From Negaprion brevirostris (lineage: Eukaryota), in the NCBI GenBank assembly GCA_030324005.1, contig JARDVH010000001.1, forward strand, positions 143,132,000 to 143,195,999: 64,000 bases of DNA, read 5' to 3'. Positions 38,878 through 52,070 of the stretch are shown piece by piece (position 1 is the first letter of the stretch; each line of letters begins with the position of its first letter). The notes beneath the pieces are model-generated. The model ran no database searches and was not told the origin of the DNA. It saw only the letters and a program-made list of their open reading frames with translations. The translations under genes and the position numbers were made by a program.

Positions 38878-39391
38878 TGTGACCTATTGTTGTCTTTGAG
38901 TCATCTTGGAAGATGACTCAAAAGCAGCACGGTGGCACAGTGGTTAGCACTCTGCTTCTCGATGCCAAGGACTAGTGTTCGATTCCGGCCTTGGGTAACT
39001 GTCTGTAGTTTGCATATTCTCCCCATATCTTCGTATTCCTCTGGGTGTTTTGGTTTCCTCCCACAATCCAAACGTGCAGATTAGATTGGCCATGCCAAAT
39101 TTCGCCTTAATGTCAGGAGGACTTGCAGGATAAATACATAGGGTAAAGGGAAGTGGGCCTGGGTGGGATTGTAGTAGGCGCAGACTCAATGGGCTGAATG
39201 GCCTCCTTCTGTACTGTAGGGATTCCCTTCTTACTCTTTTGAATTCTGGCTGGAGGCAACAATCTTTTTTAAAAGTAGCCTTTATTTACAGACTCAAGGA
39301 TGTGCAAGATTGCCCAGAAATAGGAAGGAGCCACTGCTCATCTCGCAGATTCTCTTTTATGTGACAGTATTATTAACTGACTCTACCTAAA
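38878..39391 (-). repeat. 3' LTR of the Gypsy element (split by a SINE)
   Basis: 39273-39380 aligns with 43850-43958, and ATCTTGGAAGATG (38903) aligns with ATCTTGGAGGATG (43799). A PPT-like TTGGGTGGAAA is adjacent on the minus strand. Confidence 0.7.
38924..39225 (+). mobile_element. HE1-type V-SINE inserted in the Gypsy LTR
   Basis: Full head GCAGCACGGTGGCACAGTGGTTAGCAC, GTTCGATTCC, V-domain, tail GGCCTCCTTCTGTACTGTAGGGATTC. Confidence 0.9.
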
Positions 39392-40144
39392 TTTCCACCC
39401 AAGTTTTATCTCCATGCAATGCACACATTCACCTGCACCTCCTTGCAAAGCCTCTGTTTTTTTTTACAGGGATAATCTTTATGGTGGTTTCACCAATCTT
39501 CCCAAATAAGTATGGAGTTCTTTTTGAGGAGAATGAGGGTCTGCTTGCTCCAAACTCATGATCCAAGAGTTGTGATTTCTTGTTTCCGTTGTTGTTGGTT
39601 CTGTAGTCATCGTTTCCTTTTGAGGACCAGGGAATGCAGTCTATCTGGCTAACAGTTTCTTGTTCATCAAAATCAAGGCACTCCTATTTCTTCAGGTGAT
39701 ACTGGTTTCTGGATGGACAAGATGTTGCTTGTTGAAACCTCTTCCTTAAATTATCTTCTCTCTGCTGGATTCTCAACCATGCCATCTCTCCTTTTTATGA
39801 GCCTGGTGAAGGTTTGATTGAAGGTATGGGCTTGTGCTCTTCTGTAATCTTGGTTCTGTTAGGCCTGGTCATGGTCCATTGCTGTGATGTTTGGCATTAA
39901 TGTGTGAAAAGGGCATGGAACTTAACCTGCAACCCATCAAAAATTTAGCTTTCAGGTAAAGCCATTCTGCAAGGAATTTTTTTTTTACCTTAATACGTGG
40001 TGCCCCCTCCACTGGCCTGCTGGTACACTGGCAAACCTTGACATGGCTACATCTGTAGGATGATGTGAAAGATTAGAAGCACTCAGACAAATTTTCGCCA
40101 GTTGGTGGAGGTGCCAATGTCTGAAATGACGTGTAGAAATAATC

Positions 40145-40385
40145 CTCTTCAGAAAGGCTCTGATGGCTTCAGAAGTGAAGTTGTTGAGGCCAAAACATTG
40201 TGATTTCAAGAAGACGTTAGATATAGCTCTTGGAGCGAAATGGATCGAGGGCTATGGTGGGATGTGGGGTGGGGGAGGAGGGTGGCGGCATCAGGATATT
40301 GGATTTGATGATCGGTCATGATCGAAATAAATGGCAAAGCTGGCTGGAATAGCCTATTCCTGCTGATATTTTCTGTGCTCCTACG
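40145..40385 (+). mobile_element. CR1 3' tail inserted in Gypsy pol
   Basis: TTAGATATAGCTCTTGG...GATCGGTCATGATC...GCCTATTCCTGCT is CR1 3' UTR sequence. Confidence 0.7.
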
Positions 40386-42079
40386 AGCTCATGGAACTGT
40401 TGCACCTCAGTTCAAGAGGTAACTCAATATCCATTTAAGCCACCCAAGATTCTCTGCTGTTGCTGGCAAATATTGAGCAGTTGCAGTCATGAAGGCCTCA
40501 GCTTGCTTGCTGAAATTTTTAAAAACTTGTTCTGGGCAGTTGGGTATCCACAATAGTGTAAGAAGTGGTTTGGTATTATTCCTGCACATAACTTGTAATG
40601 GCATCATCGCATGTGAGGTTCAATCTGAATCTCTGGATTTGGAAGACTTCATTGTGATTTAATTTGTATTTAATGTAGTTACTGGTGGTTTGTCTGTTTC
40701 GATCTTGCCTAAGATGCAGTCAGGAAATTTTTCACATATCCAAGTTGCTGCAAAGGCATCTTTCTATGACATAGTGCTGTTCATTTTCAGTTAAGGACCT
40801 TGATGTATAATAGGCATATCTTATCCCATTATTCTGAATCTGGAACGGGACTTCTCTCAGTCCTGTTGCTAAGGTATTCCTCATGATAATAGTTAGACTT
40901 TTGGGATAATAAGTTAGAATCTCTGATTAACATTTTTTTTGGTCACTCAAATGATTGTTGTTGATGCACAGCCCAGCACCATACTTGGTCTTGCCTCAAA
41001 AGTTGTTTTGGAGTTTGTTTATTTGAGCTAGATCAGTTAGAAATTTTCCCATTTGGTTTACCTCACCCATACTTATAAACCTTTAATATTTGATGATATT
41101 CCAGGATGGCAGAAATTCTGTTGTCTTTTGTCTTCTGCAGGTCTGCAGTGATTCCTGTTTTCATAGCCTGATTTTTGTGGGTTTTGAAAACTCAGTTCTC
41201 AAGTGTTAATCAGGGATCTTTGTGTTTTTAATACTTCACTTACTTGCTTGTTATATCTTGCCTTTTGTTGAACCATGGACTAAAACGTCATCTGTGTGGC
41301 ATACAACATCTTCCATACTTTCTAGTATGTTGGACATCCACCTGTGGAAAACCTCTGCAGATACTGCCAAAAGGTAGACAGTTGAAACAGTACTATTCCA
41401 AAGGTGTTAGGTAAGTGGTTAGAAGTGTTGACCCCTGAGTCAGTGATAATTGCATGAAGTTTACTAAAGTTCATATTCTTCAGGTTTTGCAAGGTTCTTG
41501 TCTATAGATGCCATTGCATCTCCCCATCCACAGTCTTTTTCTATTATGTTAGGCTGACAGATTCTGATGGATCTATTTGGTTTTGGAATTGAAGCCATAT
41601 GAGAACACCACCTGGTTGGTTTTGTAGCTGGTGAAGTGACTTCTTGTTGAAGCGTAGCCTCAATCTCACTTCATACCTCTCTTAGCGGATGTGGGATCTT
41701 CCTGGATGTAACAGGGTTTTGCATCTGCCTTTAGTATGTTGTGATGCACAGTTTTCAATTTTCCCAAGTTTTGGAAATTCTCTTAATTTGTTGTCTTGTT
41801 CTTTGTCGTTGATTACTTCAACTTTTAGGTTTGATTCGGTTCGGGCTTATATGCAGGTTTTCCTGATTACCGAGGACCATCCTGGTGCTAAATGACAGTG
41901 TTAGTGATTTGTCTTCCTTTTTATGTCTTAATATTGTATCAAAGTGACCTTTAACTTTTTCAGCTTCCTCCTGGACCTTGAAGCTTGACGTTTGCGGAGC
42001 AACTTTGTGCAGCCACTTAGTTCTTTTCTGATGGAGCTGAGACCCCAGATCTTGTATCCAATTTAAATTCTGTATTTTT

Positions 42080-42725
42080 TAAAAATATTTTATGGGATGT
42101 GGGTGTCACTGGCTAGGCCAGCATTTATTGCCCAACCCTGCTGGCCCTTCAGAAGGTGGTGATGAGATACCTTCTTGAACACCAGCAGCCCCTCAGGTAT
42201 ACTTACATCTACTGTGCTGTTAGGGTACAGTGTTATTAGGGAGGGAATTCCAGGATTTTAACCTAACAACAATGAAGGAAAGGAGATATAGTTACAAGTC
42301 AGGATGGTGAGTGAATTGGAGGGGGGGCTTCCAGGTGGTGGTGTTCCTAGGTATCTGCTGCCCTTGCCCTTTTAGGTGGTTGTGGTCATAGGTTTGCAAG
42401 GTGCTGGTGGGACAGGACATACTCAGAAATAGTGTTGTCTGGGATATTATCTGTGTACGGTATGATTCTGTGATACGACTATATTAGACTGTTACCTAGA
42501 CTATTCTGTAAGAGAACTTTCCCAGTTCTGTCACAAGCCCCCAGATGTTAGTGAGGGCAACTTTGCGGGGTCAAAGAGCGAGGTTTGCCATTGTTTTNNN
42601 NNNNNNNNNNNNNNNNNNNNNNNNNNNNNNNNNNNNNNNNNNNNNNNNNNNNNNNNNNNNNNNNNNNNNNNNNNNNNNNNNNNNNNNNNNNNNNNNNAGG
42701 GCTAGGTTTGCCATTGTTTTCAATG
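42080..42725 (-). mobile_element. LINE 3' fragment inserted between Gypsy gag and protease
   Basis: ATGGGATGTGGGTGTCACTGGCTAGGCCAGCATTTATTGCCC; same family as 19435-20160. Confidence 0.75.
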
Positions 42726-43772
42726 CTAAGTAGTCCATCTCGTTTCATTCCTTTTATTTCCATGATATCCATTGATTTTAACCTTTGCACTCCAGTATAG
42801 GTTTTTGCTCTCTTTGATTTCAGCAAGGAAAGTGATTTCCTGGCTGTCTGATTCCTATACTTGTGTTTGGAGCTTCCTTTCAAATTATTTTCTTTTTGCT
42901 TTGCAAACACAGACTTGTTTAGAATGACACGCTGTTTTAAAATGACCAATTTTGCCATGGCGCTGAAATTCTGTCGTCTGGGTGGGATGTTCTTTGTGCC
43001 TCAGTGGGGGAAATTGTAAAATGGCAGTTGGCATTCATACGCACCCTAGTTGCTGCTGCAATTTGCTTTCAGTTTTGTACCCAGTAAACGGATTTCAAAC
43101 AGCTTATCCCACAGATTTCTGATTCGCCCCCTTAAAACAATCTTTTGTTTTTGCAGTTTGGCCTACCTAGCCAGTTGTACTACTTAGCGAGGTATCAGAT
43201 CTTTATGTTGTAGAAAGCCTGACTGGATTTCTTCTAAAACGCTGACAGTTGTTCTCTTGCTCAATCATCTAATGTTCCATTATTTCAATTGTCAGCCAAC
43301 TGATAGGGATCATTTATAAATGAATCTATTTCATCTCCTGGCCTTTGCTTTCGACAATTGAACTTAACGTGTTCCATTTTGCCTGATTGAAATACAAGTC
43401 AAAGGTACCAGTGACACCTCATTCACCTCTTGCCTGGCCAACACCTCATTGGCAATGCTGCTAGTAGCATACAGCCTAGTTTTTGTTAATCATAGTCACG
43501 AGATCTGATGTATTTGGAGAACTTGAAACAATTCCTCAAGTTTTTCCATTACTTGGCCTGTCTGAGGTCCTCTACATTCTGGGGTTTTTGGAGGTCAGGT
43601 AGAATTCATGATAATTTGAGGTTCCCATTTCCATGCTGCTTTCTGTGTTAACCACCGGCTTATCCAAGGCTTCCCCCTGTAGTCCAATTACAGGTAACAT
43701 TCAGTCCTGTACTCTGCTGCTGCTGAATTTCTTGGGCTGTTTCCTATGGGTCTGGTCATTGCTGCCACCATC

Positions 43773-43970
43773 TGGTGCAGCCACCATTGATCAAGATAAT
43801 CTTGGAGGATGTAGGATGTTTTTTTCTTAGCAAGAAAGCGGCGATCCTTAGTAACTTTTATTTGCATATTCCATTATGTACAGATTGCAAAGCAATAGGA
43901 CAGACTGCTGTTCATCTCTCAAATCTCCCCTCACTCTTGTGTGACATCATTAATAGCTCCTTGCACTCAA
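43773..43970 (-). repeat. 5' LTR of the Gypsy element, with PBS at 43761-43770
   Basis: Homologous to the left LTR. The adjacent GCTGCCACCA equals the 3' end of tRNA-Leu (minus strand TGGTGGCAGC). Confidence 0.72.
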
Positions 43971-46900
43971 GCTCACTAGCCATTGTTAGTGTTAGTCAAC
44001 TCTTTATAGCAGGCTTTTTGTTTGGGGCAGTGTGGGAGGGGACATTAATCATCATTGAACAACCGTAAGTGTGAAAGGTGTGAGTGCACGTCTAGCTCAC
44101 TCCCAGTCTCAGGGTGCTCACTCTCAAACTGAGAGAGTGGGTGAGATCACTTGGTGTGACAATGAATGAGAACCCTGGCCTGAGCCAGACACACACACAT
44201 CCCTTTTACAGCCTCTTGTCATGTATGAGCTGAGGTTTACCCAAAACTCAGACCATGACCCAACAATTGAGATCTGCTCACCTGCTACCGCTGTGCTCCC
44301 TGACTTGCATTGATTCCTGTTTAACATCATCTCAATTTTAAAATTCTCATCCTTGATTTCAAATCACCACATCCCCTCCCCATCTGTTACTCCCTCCAGC
44401 CCTGTAGCATTCTCAAGCTATCTCTGTTCCTCCAGTTCTGGGTTGTTGTGCGTTCCCAATTTACATCACTGATAATGCAACTAGTGAAGTGCCTTGTAAC
44501 AGTAGACAGTTAAAGGTGCTGCATGCATTTTCGCTGTAAGCTAACAGGTTAATACAAGCTTTTTAAAAACTGACAGCAACTCCATTTTTAATCATCCGAC
44601 TGAAAAAAGATGATTTATTACATTGGGACGAATCGAAGAGGCAGACCCCAAGAATAACCTCAACTAATTGAACACATGCACACATTACTAAGCACCACAC
44701 TAACTATTGGAGCTAACTGGCTATTAAATATCTTGAGTTGCCCCACAATGATTATTCTTCTATTTGAATAGTGTCATGGAATCTTAAATGATCATCTGAA
44801 CAGATAGGCCTGGGCCTAATATTTATCAAAAGCTGGCATTTTGATGCAGCACCTAGCTGAATTACTACATTTGTGTCTCAGCTTAAATTATTGATCAAAT
44901 CTTGTTGCGAGGCTCAGAGAGGAGAGCATGCCAACTATAATGGTTACAAATGCAATGACCTTTGAACTATATAGTAATTACACCATATAATGCAAAATAG
45001 CAGCATATAACAGTGATGTTTCAAAGTATTGAATTACTACTTGAAAAAATGCCAGTATTTCCAATATGCATGAAACATTACAAAAGACAATGTTTTCTAT
45101 GTTCAATTCTAAAGCTATGCTTTTAAAAACTTGAAGCTCAAATATGTTAAAGAAATTGACATACTGCACATGTATGCCATGGAGCACTCTTATGAAATAA
45201 AAACTACAAGTATTTAAGTTCTTCTGACTGCCATGTAAAGATATGAAAATCCATTTTTTAATAATTTCAGTTGCAGCCTTTTAGTACAATTAATTTCCCC
45301 TTTTGAGCATGAGTTTGTTCTGAATTGCACATTCAGTTTTTTTTTGTGGCCGCATTAATTCATGTATTTTAGTTCACCGATTTGGTTCTTTGCCTTTTAT
45401 AAACATCAGCTTCTTACAGATCAGAGTTTTATGATAGCTTTTGAAATTTATTTTCAGAAGTTAGACAAAGCTAAATTTTATTTATTGTCATTTTAATAGC
45501 CAGTTTGCTCAGATATTTAGTGTGGTACTTAGTAATATGTGCATGTGTTCAATTAGCTGAGGCTGTTGAGATCTGCCTCTTCCATGTCCCATTTGTGATT
45601 TGGAAATACTGTTAAAATTAAAAATGTACTGGGAGCCATTATTAGTAATCTTTGAACACTGAGAATACATCATGAAGAGAAAATTGTCACATTCAGTGCT
45701 TTGTGTCCCAAATATGTTGAATTCCAATCCATATTGATTTGAACGTAATTGATCCTTTCCAGCATTCAATACTTAACTCCTGGCCTGTTCGTTATGCAGA
45801 ATTCTGAAGCCTCCTCTAAATTCTGCAAAAGCTATCATGGCCACAAGTATGTCTAACCTTGATTCTCTGAAAAGAGAATAAATGTGGTGGTGAGTCATGA
45901 AGTCCAATGGTTCAGTTCTGCTAAGCAGCAGGTGCACAGATTTCTATATGTATGCAGTGTTTAATAGTGAAGATCTTTTCCCAAAGCTTGCAATGTTCCA
46001 ATGTGTAATACAACATTTTTTCTCACTGAAGTACAAATCATAGAATCCCCTACAATGCAGAAAGCAGTCATTCTGTCCATCCAGTCTGACAGAGTACCTT
46101 ACTTAGGCCCTTTGCCCCACTTATTTATCCTTGTAACCATTAGAACAATAAAATTACGGTACAGTTGGAAATTGTTCTGTTCTTGATTGTATCAGCTCTT
46201 AATTAGAGCTATCATTCCGCTGCCTTGTTTTCTTCATCTTCCTGTGCTTCAAATATTAATTCGCTTTTTTTCTTCAAAAGGTGTAATGAATTTTGCTGTA
46301 ACTACTTCCTGTGATGGTGCTCCATGTTTTAACCACGCTGCTTTAACAAATTCCTTTGAACTCTTCACAGTGGCATTTCTATATTAATGTCACTCGAGGA
46401 AATAATTGCTCCCCATTCATCCAGTTAAATTTTTAGAATCTTAAATACCCCTATTAAATTGGAAGTGAATTGGTGATGAATTACATGTATCTCATTTTTC
46501 GTCCTGGTAATTAATTTATATTTGACTTTATTTTCATTTCTATAATGAGGCTCAAGATTGCACAAAAGTGGGCTAACCTCTAACCAGTGCCTCCTGAGTT
46601 TAGTCTTGCCTCTTAACTTGACCAGGGCTCAGAACATCACATTTTCAGAAAAAGGTGTTTGATCTTGAAGATGGAAGAAATTTATGTAAAAGTTCAAATA
46701 GCATCAGAGCATAATAAATGAGGAGATAATCTAAATTTGTGATGTCAGTAGTTCCAGATTTGCTGAGGTGGGTATGATTATTAGACTATCCAGCATTCCT
46801 GACTTGCTGACTGAAAGGCTACAAAGATGTCCAATAAATTCATAGCCCTTGAGAGGATTAAAGTGGCAGGTTTCAGTAGGAAATGGTGACACTGTCCCTA

Positions 46901-48313
46901 ACGTACAATGAAAACCATAAAAAGTTTGTTTTAAATTGCCTTGGGAAAATTAAGTTAATGGATATTATTGACTGTCATTTTTTTTCCCATTTTTGTCCTG
47001 CAGAAGGTGACTTAACTCCTTGACATGAATAGATTTGCCCCCTATTTTATGCTGAATTGTAGCATTTTTGCATGTATGCATCAAGGAAATCAGTATTTAA
47101 ATTGTACAAAGCATGAGACTTCCATCACAGGAAGTGTGTAGATTGACAAACATCATTGAAAATCCTATACTAAGGATTAGTGAAAACCCAAAATCTCCCA
47201 TAGAAAAAAAGAATTGGTTGAAGCCAACAGAACACCCCTAAAGTATACAATGCTTCTTGGGCAAATGTGTGCAAGCTTTTCTGTTTAGTAGCTTGCAGAA
47301 TAGCTGTCTATTTTGGTTCACCAATTTGGTTCTTTGCCTTTCATAAAAATCAGCTTCCTACAGATCAGAGTTTTATGATAGCTTTCGAATTTTTCAGTTT
47401 AACAGCAGAACAAAAACTCTAAGCATGTAGGTTCCGTTGTCCCTTACTAAGTTTTATCGTAACATGTGAAAGTTGTATTTCTGTCTTTTGAGTTACTTGA
47501 AGCTTCTCTTCCATTAGTTTTCATTGATTGTACAGCTTTATCTGGAAGTGGTACAAAATCTAGAGAATTATGAGCATAGTTTACAATCAAGACTTCTGTC
47601 CAACTGAAATACATTGTATCTATTGGGAGGCTTTTTTGAGGCTATTCTAGTTTTCCTATTTGGAAGATTAACTTATTTCAAAGAAGGAAACAGACCATAT
47701 TTTGTAACAAATCATGTAAGATGTTGAGTTAATTGTAAAATGCATTCCAGATCATATTTCTGAAAAGATTATTCTGAAACTCAGTTCAGAAGGCCAATGT
47801 CAAAAATTTTACTTCTTGTAATAGCAAACACCATGCCCAATTATTTACTCAATTATGACTTTAGAGCAGGAAAAGGGATCTTTAAGACATGTGATTATCT
47901 TGTAATGCATGTTTTGGAGGAAAAAAGTTTAAATTCTTTCTGTAGTTTAGAAGAAGTTGTGTGGCAGTACGTTAGAAAAATAACCCTGCACTGAAATGTG
48001 TTTCAGCACAAATAAATAAAGGATAGAAATAAGTGTGCACATGAAAACTTGCGTTTAATTCTCATCATAATATCTAATTGTATTTTGAATAATTCCAGGG
48101 CTTCACCATCTATTAATTTGTCATTATTCTGAATTTTTGCATTTATGTATTGGTGAAGATTGTGCCCCTATCCTCATTTTTGATCTTAATTCTTTAATTG
48201 ACTTGAGTATATATAAACTGTGTACCAAAGATAATGTTTTGAATTCATTTATAAGTATCATAGAAATCATTTAGTCTGTTTACCAATGCTATGCTTTTTT
48301 TAATATTAATTAG

Positions 48314-48488
48314 GCTTTAAAAGGGAGTACGGAGGTACAAATCGTGGACCAGAAAATGAGGAAAAAAGAGAGTCCTGAAAAATGGCCTATTCCAGGCCCA
48401 CCAGTTTCTGACATTCCAAGAACTGATTTCTCTCGTTTAATTAACTGTCCAGAATTTGTACCTGGGCAGATGTACGGCTCTCAAACTG
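48314..48488 (+). CDS. LARP1B: LARP1B coding exon 9, end of La motif and PAM2 (TDFSRLINCPEFVP, 48422-48463)
   Basis: Translates as ALKGSTEVQIVDQKMRKKESPEKWPIPGPP...EFVPGQ. Donor CTG|GTGAGC, phase 1. KWPIPGPP favours LARP1B over LARP1. Confidence 0.96.
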
Positions 48489-51334
48489 GTGAGCATACTG
48501 TAAATCTTTCAGTTAAAATATTAGTCCAACATCATTGGTAATGCATGCAGCTTGATGTCAGGCAGTTGAATACTGCTGTTTCTTTATTTTGTCGTCCCTG
48601 GTTTGAGTGCTTGCATTAGTCTCCCAACTTGCAGCCCCAATCCGGAGCAAGGCTATTGGAACATAAACCAGCAAAGTAACATGCTTCAATTTAGTGTAAA
48701 CTGACACTTTATCTGTCTTTACCCTACAGCACGTATGCTTGTTATAGGCTAAGAAAGGACAGGCCTTGGAAGTCGCCTTCCCTTACTGCTGAAAAAGAAT
48801 ATATGGAGGCAAGTGGCCATGGTGACAGGGCAAATATTGTAAAAGGAAAATAGTAGTTCAGGATTGGACATTCTTCCTTTTTCTGTTTGTCACGAGTGTG
48901 GTTTACAGGCACTCCAAGCATTTTCATCTTAANNNNNNNCTAGCCAAACCTTTTTGAATTTATCAACTAGTCTATGCGTTGTTTCTCCTCCGCCTCCGCC
49001 ACACTAACAGTGTTCCCTCCCTCTGCTGGGAGATGGTCTGCAACAAATGTACAATTCTGTCGGGCCAGTCTTACTGGTTTGTGATAAGTTTTCATTGCCT
49101 ACTCAAAAAGGCTGATGACATAGTTCAATTAGAGAAGTACAGTAACTGAATCAAATTCTCTGGGTTAACCAACACTGGAGGTGCCCAATATCAATGGATG
49201 TTTTTTTAAAAAAACAAACTTTTTGCTGATCAGCTTCAGGACTATTTCGGACATTAGATGCTTGATCTCTTTATAGTTGTATGCAAGACAGACTTCACTC
49301 TTTCACCATTGTGTTTTGGAAGTTTGAAACTGACCACTTTTAAATATTTGCATCCTCTGGGCTTCTTAGTACAAAAAAGATATTGAAGCGCTAGACAGTG
49401 AGCATTACAAGAATTGAGAGATAGACTATGGGAACGGGAGTAGACCATTTAAACCTGTGTGCCTGTTTTGCCATTGAATTAGGTTGTGGCTGATCTACAA
49501 CTCCATATACCTCTATTTCCATATCCCTTGATGCCTTTAATTAACAGAGATCTGAAGTGGAAATGTTAAAATGAACAAATGACCCAGCGTTAACTGATTT
49601 GTGAAAGGGAGTTCATACTTCTATCACCCAAGTTCACTCCTAAGAGGCCTGGCTCTCATTTTTGCTTTGTTCCCTAGCATGAGATTCCCTAACCTGCAAA
49701 ATTGTTTTTCTCACACTAAGTACATCCAGTCCCTTTTAATAGTTGAAAACTTCAATCAAATAATCCTTTAATCTTCGAAATTGCAGACAGTATAACCCTA
49801 GATAGTTCAAGTGAATTCCTTCCACAATACACACACACACACACAAAAGCACTTGCCACGTTCCTTCCTACTCTTGTGTGCATGAACTCTGAAGATGAGT
49901 GGTAAAAGCCAAAAGGAGCAGCTTCAACTTGGAGGAAATAAGTCTGAACTGGGGGGGTTGGCAATTAGAGGATCAGTCAGTGAGCAGGAGAGCTGTGAAT
50001 TGGAGGGTTGGCAGTGACAGTGTCAGAGTGGAATAGGCTGTTCCAAAAGTGCGCCAATTGGCTCATATGTACTACTTCAGATCAGTGCAAAATGACTTTA
50101 AAACAAAGCTTGAACACTAAACAAGAGTACACACTTCATTTTGTGACTTGCATTAAAGTGAAACAATGTAAAAACGCGATGTAAATGGGGACTTAGTGTA
50201 AATATTTTAAATAGCATCAATGGGAATTCCTGTGTACCATTATTTCAGCCATCTCTTCAAAAACATTCGGCTTCACCAGGCATGACCTACCCTAAAAATT
50301 TTCCAGGTGTCCAGTTACTCCATTCTTAGTTGTATGCATTAGTAATTCCCTGAAAATGGATGTTAAGGTAACCTGGTTTCCTTCTCTCACCTTGTTAAAT
50401 AGCATAGTGTCATATAGTTTTCCAATCTAAAAGCCTGATTCCTGAATTGAGAATTTTAGAAAAAGGCAAAATAATTGCCAGAGCTGGCAATTAAGAACAG
50501 AAAATGCAGGAAACACTTGGTCAGGCGCCCTTATGGAGAAAGTGTTGGGGTTGACAGGCTTTGTGACAAAGGTTCACTGACTTGAAATGTTAATTTATTT
50601 CTTGCTGCGCGGGTGTCTGTATTTCCAGTATTTACTGTTATTTTTGAAGATCACAGTGAAGGCACCTAAAATGTTCTCACCTTTTTTTCCTTTTAAAACA
50701 TTCTGATAATAAATGGCCTTGGGGGTTTCTCTCTCGTGTGCCATTTTTTTCATTGTTGTTAACTTGCTCACGATAACCCTGGGCAGTCCCGTCCTTGATT
50801 CAATATACATTTCTTTAGGGTATCTGATATGCTATTCTCTCTCTTCACTGGGCCCTGCCCAATCCCACTTAATTTTCTTCTGGAGCTGTCGCTGGATCCA
50901 CTGCAGCCTTGGCCATGATGATGAGGAATTGGTGCACGTACGAGCATAGAATAGTTTCAGCACAGGAGGCCATTTGTCCTATCTTTCTATACTGCCTCTG
51001 CAAGAACAGTTCATCCAGTGCCATTCTCTTGCCTTTTCCCAATATCCTTATGATTTGTTTTCTCTCCAGAAAATGATCCAGTTCTGCTTTGAAAGCCGCA
51101 ACTGAATTTTGCCTCTGTCACACTCTCAGGTAATATATCACATGGTACATCTGAGCCTACTTACAAAGGATGCTATCTCAATTATTGAATCTCCTCTGAC
51201 TACCACGTTAGATATCCCTTCCTGTTCCGTTAAGACAGTGTCTTGCTCCCAGGTGCCAAAGTCTGCATTCTTGATGCCCTTTCAGCAGTAGACAGAAAGG
51301 ACCTTGTAGCATCTTGTCTCATCTCAGTTGCCTT

Positions 51335-52070
51335 TACTCAGTATGCTATCAGTGACACATCTGAGGAAGTAGTGCAATTGGACTCCTCCCGAAGGCCGCT
51401 GCCCTCGACTGGACGTGTGTGCCCAAGCCATCAGGAGGTGCGTTAACACCAGATTCATCAGCCACATTCTCAAGACAGCCCCAAACATCACCCAAGCACA
51501 ACGCAACGCCATCCACGCTCTCGAGGCCAACCGCAACATTGTCATCAAACCAGCAGACAAAGGAGGGGCCATCATCATAGTGAGCAGAACGGATTACTGC
51601 AAAGAAGTGTACCAACAACTAAACAATGAGGAACACTACAGACAGTTACCCACAGNNNNNNNNNNNNNNNNNNNNNNNNNNNNNNNNNNNNNNNNNNNNN
51701 NNNNNNNNNNNNNNNNNNNNNNNNNNNNNNNNNNNNNNNNNNNNNNNNNNNNNNNAACCTCACTTACTGTGCTGTCTGGAGACAATACACATCTCTTTAA
51801 CCTATGCATAATGCTTTTTCCACTCACATTGTCAGCATCTTTAAGACTTGAATAGCAGGTTAATTGTAAAGACTCACATTCTAGTCAGTAATCTGTAAAC
51901 TGTCTGTGCAGTTATATGCTCTGTCTGAGGCCAGAACTCTCCATTCACCTGACAAAGGGGCAAACCCCAAAAGCTTGAGTTTACTATCAAATAAATTAGT
52001 TGGACTCAAACCTGGTGTTGTCAGACTTCTTATTGTGTTTACCCCAGTCCAACGCCAGCATCTCCACATC
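51335..52070 (+). mobile_element. Penelope-like element (pre-RT region, N gap, terminal repeat)
   Basis: NITQAQRNAIHAL..NRNIVIKPADKGGAI is a PLE hallmark. The 3' end matches 35712-35990 in reverse. Confidence 0.9.

Larger units (their letters stand above)
38878..43970 (-). mobile_element. Decayed full-length Ty3/Gypsy LTR retrotransposon (Mag-like), antisense in the intron after the La-motif core exon
   Basis: Minus-strand relics in canonical order: gag FNCRKQRPGDEIDSFINDPYQLA (about 43300-43375), Zn-knuckle GKIGHFKTAC (about 42930-42960), protease EFKLDT (about 42053-42070), RT RKIPHPL...WCSHMASIPKPN, YCFNCLPFG and CHTDDVLVHG (41270-41710), RNase H EKDAFAATWICEKF...IQRFRL (40610-40770), integrase tail RNRSAL (about 39675-39692). 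Paired LTRs and a PBS are present. Confidence 0.88.

Noticed and set aside
45365-45450. Duplicated intronic snoRNA
   Set aside because: No terminal RUGAUGA/CUGA pair or H/ACA layout is visible. Kept only as an unexplained repeat.
51220-51300. CxPGAKV-like ORF1 esterase motif
   Set aside because: Too short and frameshifted to support a call.
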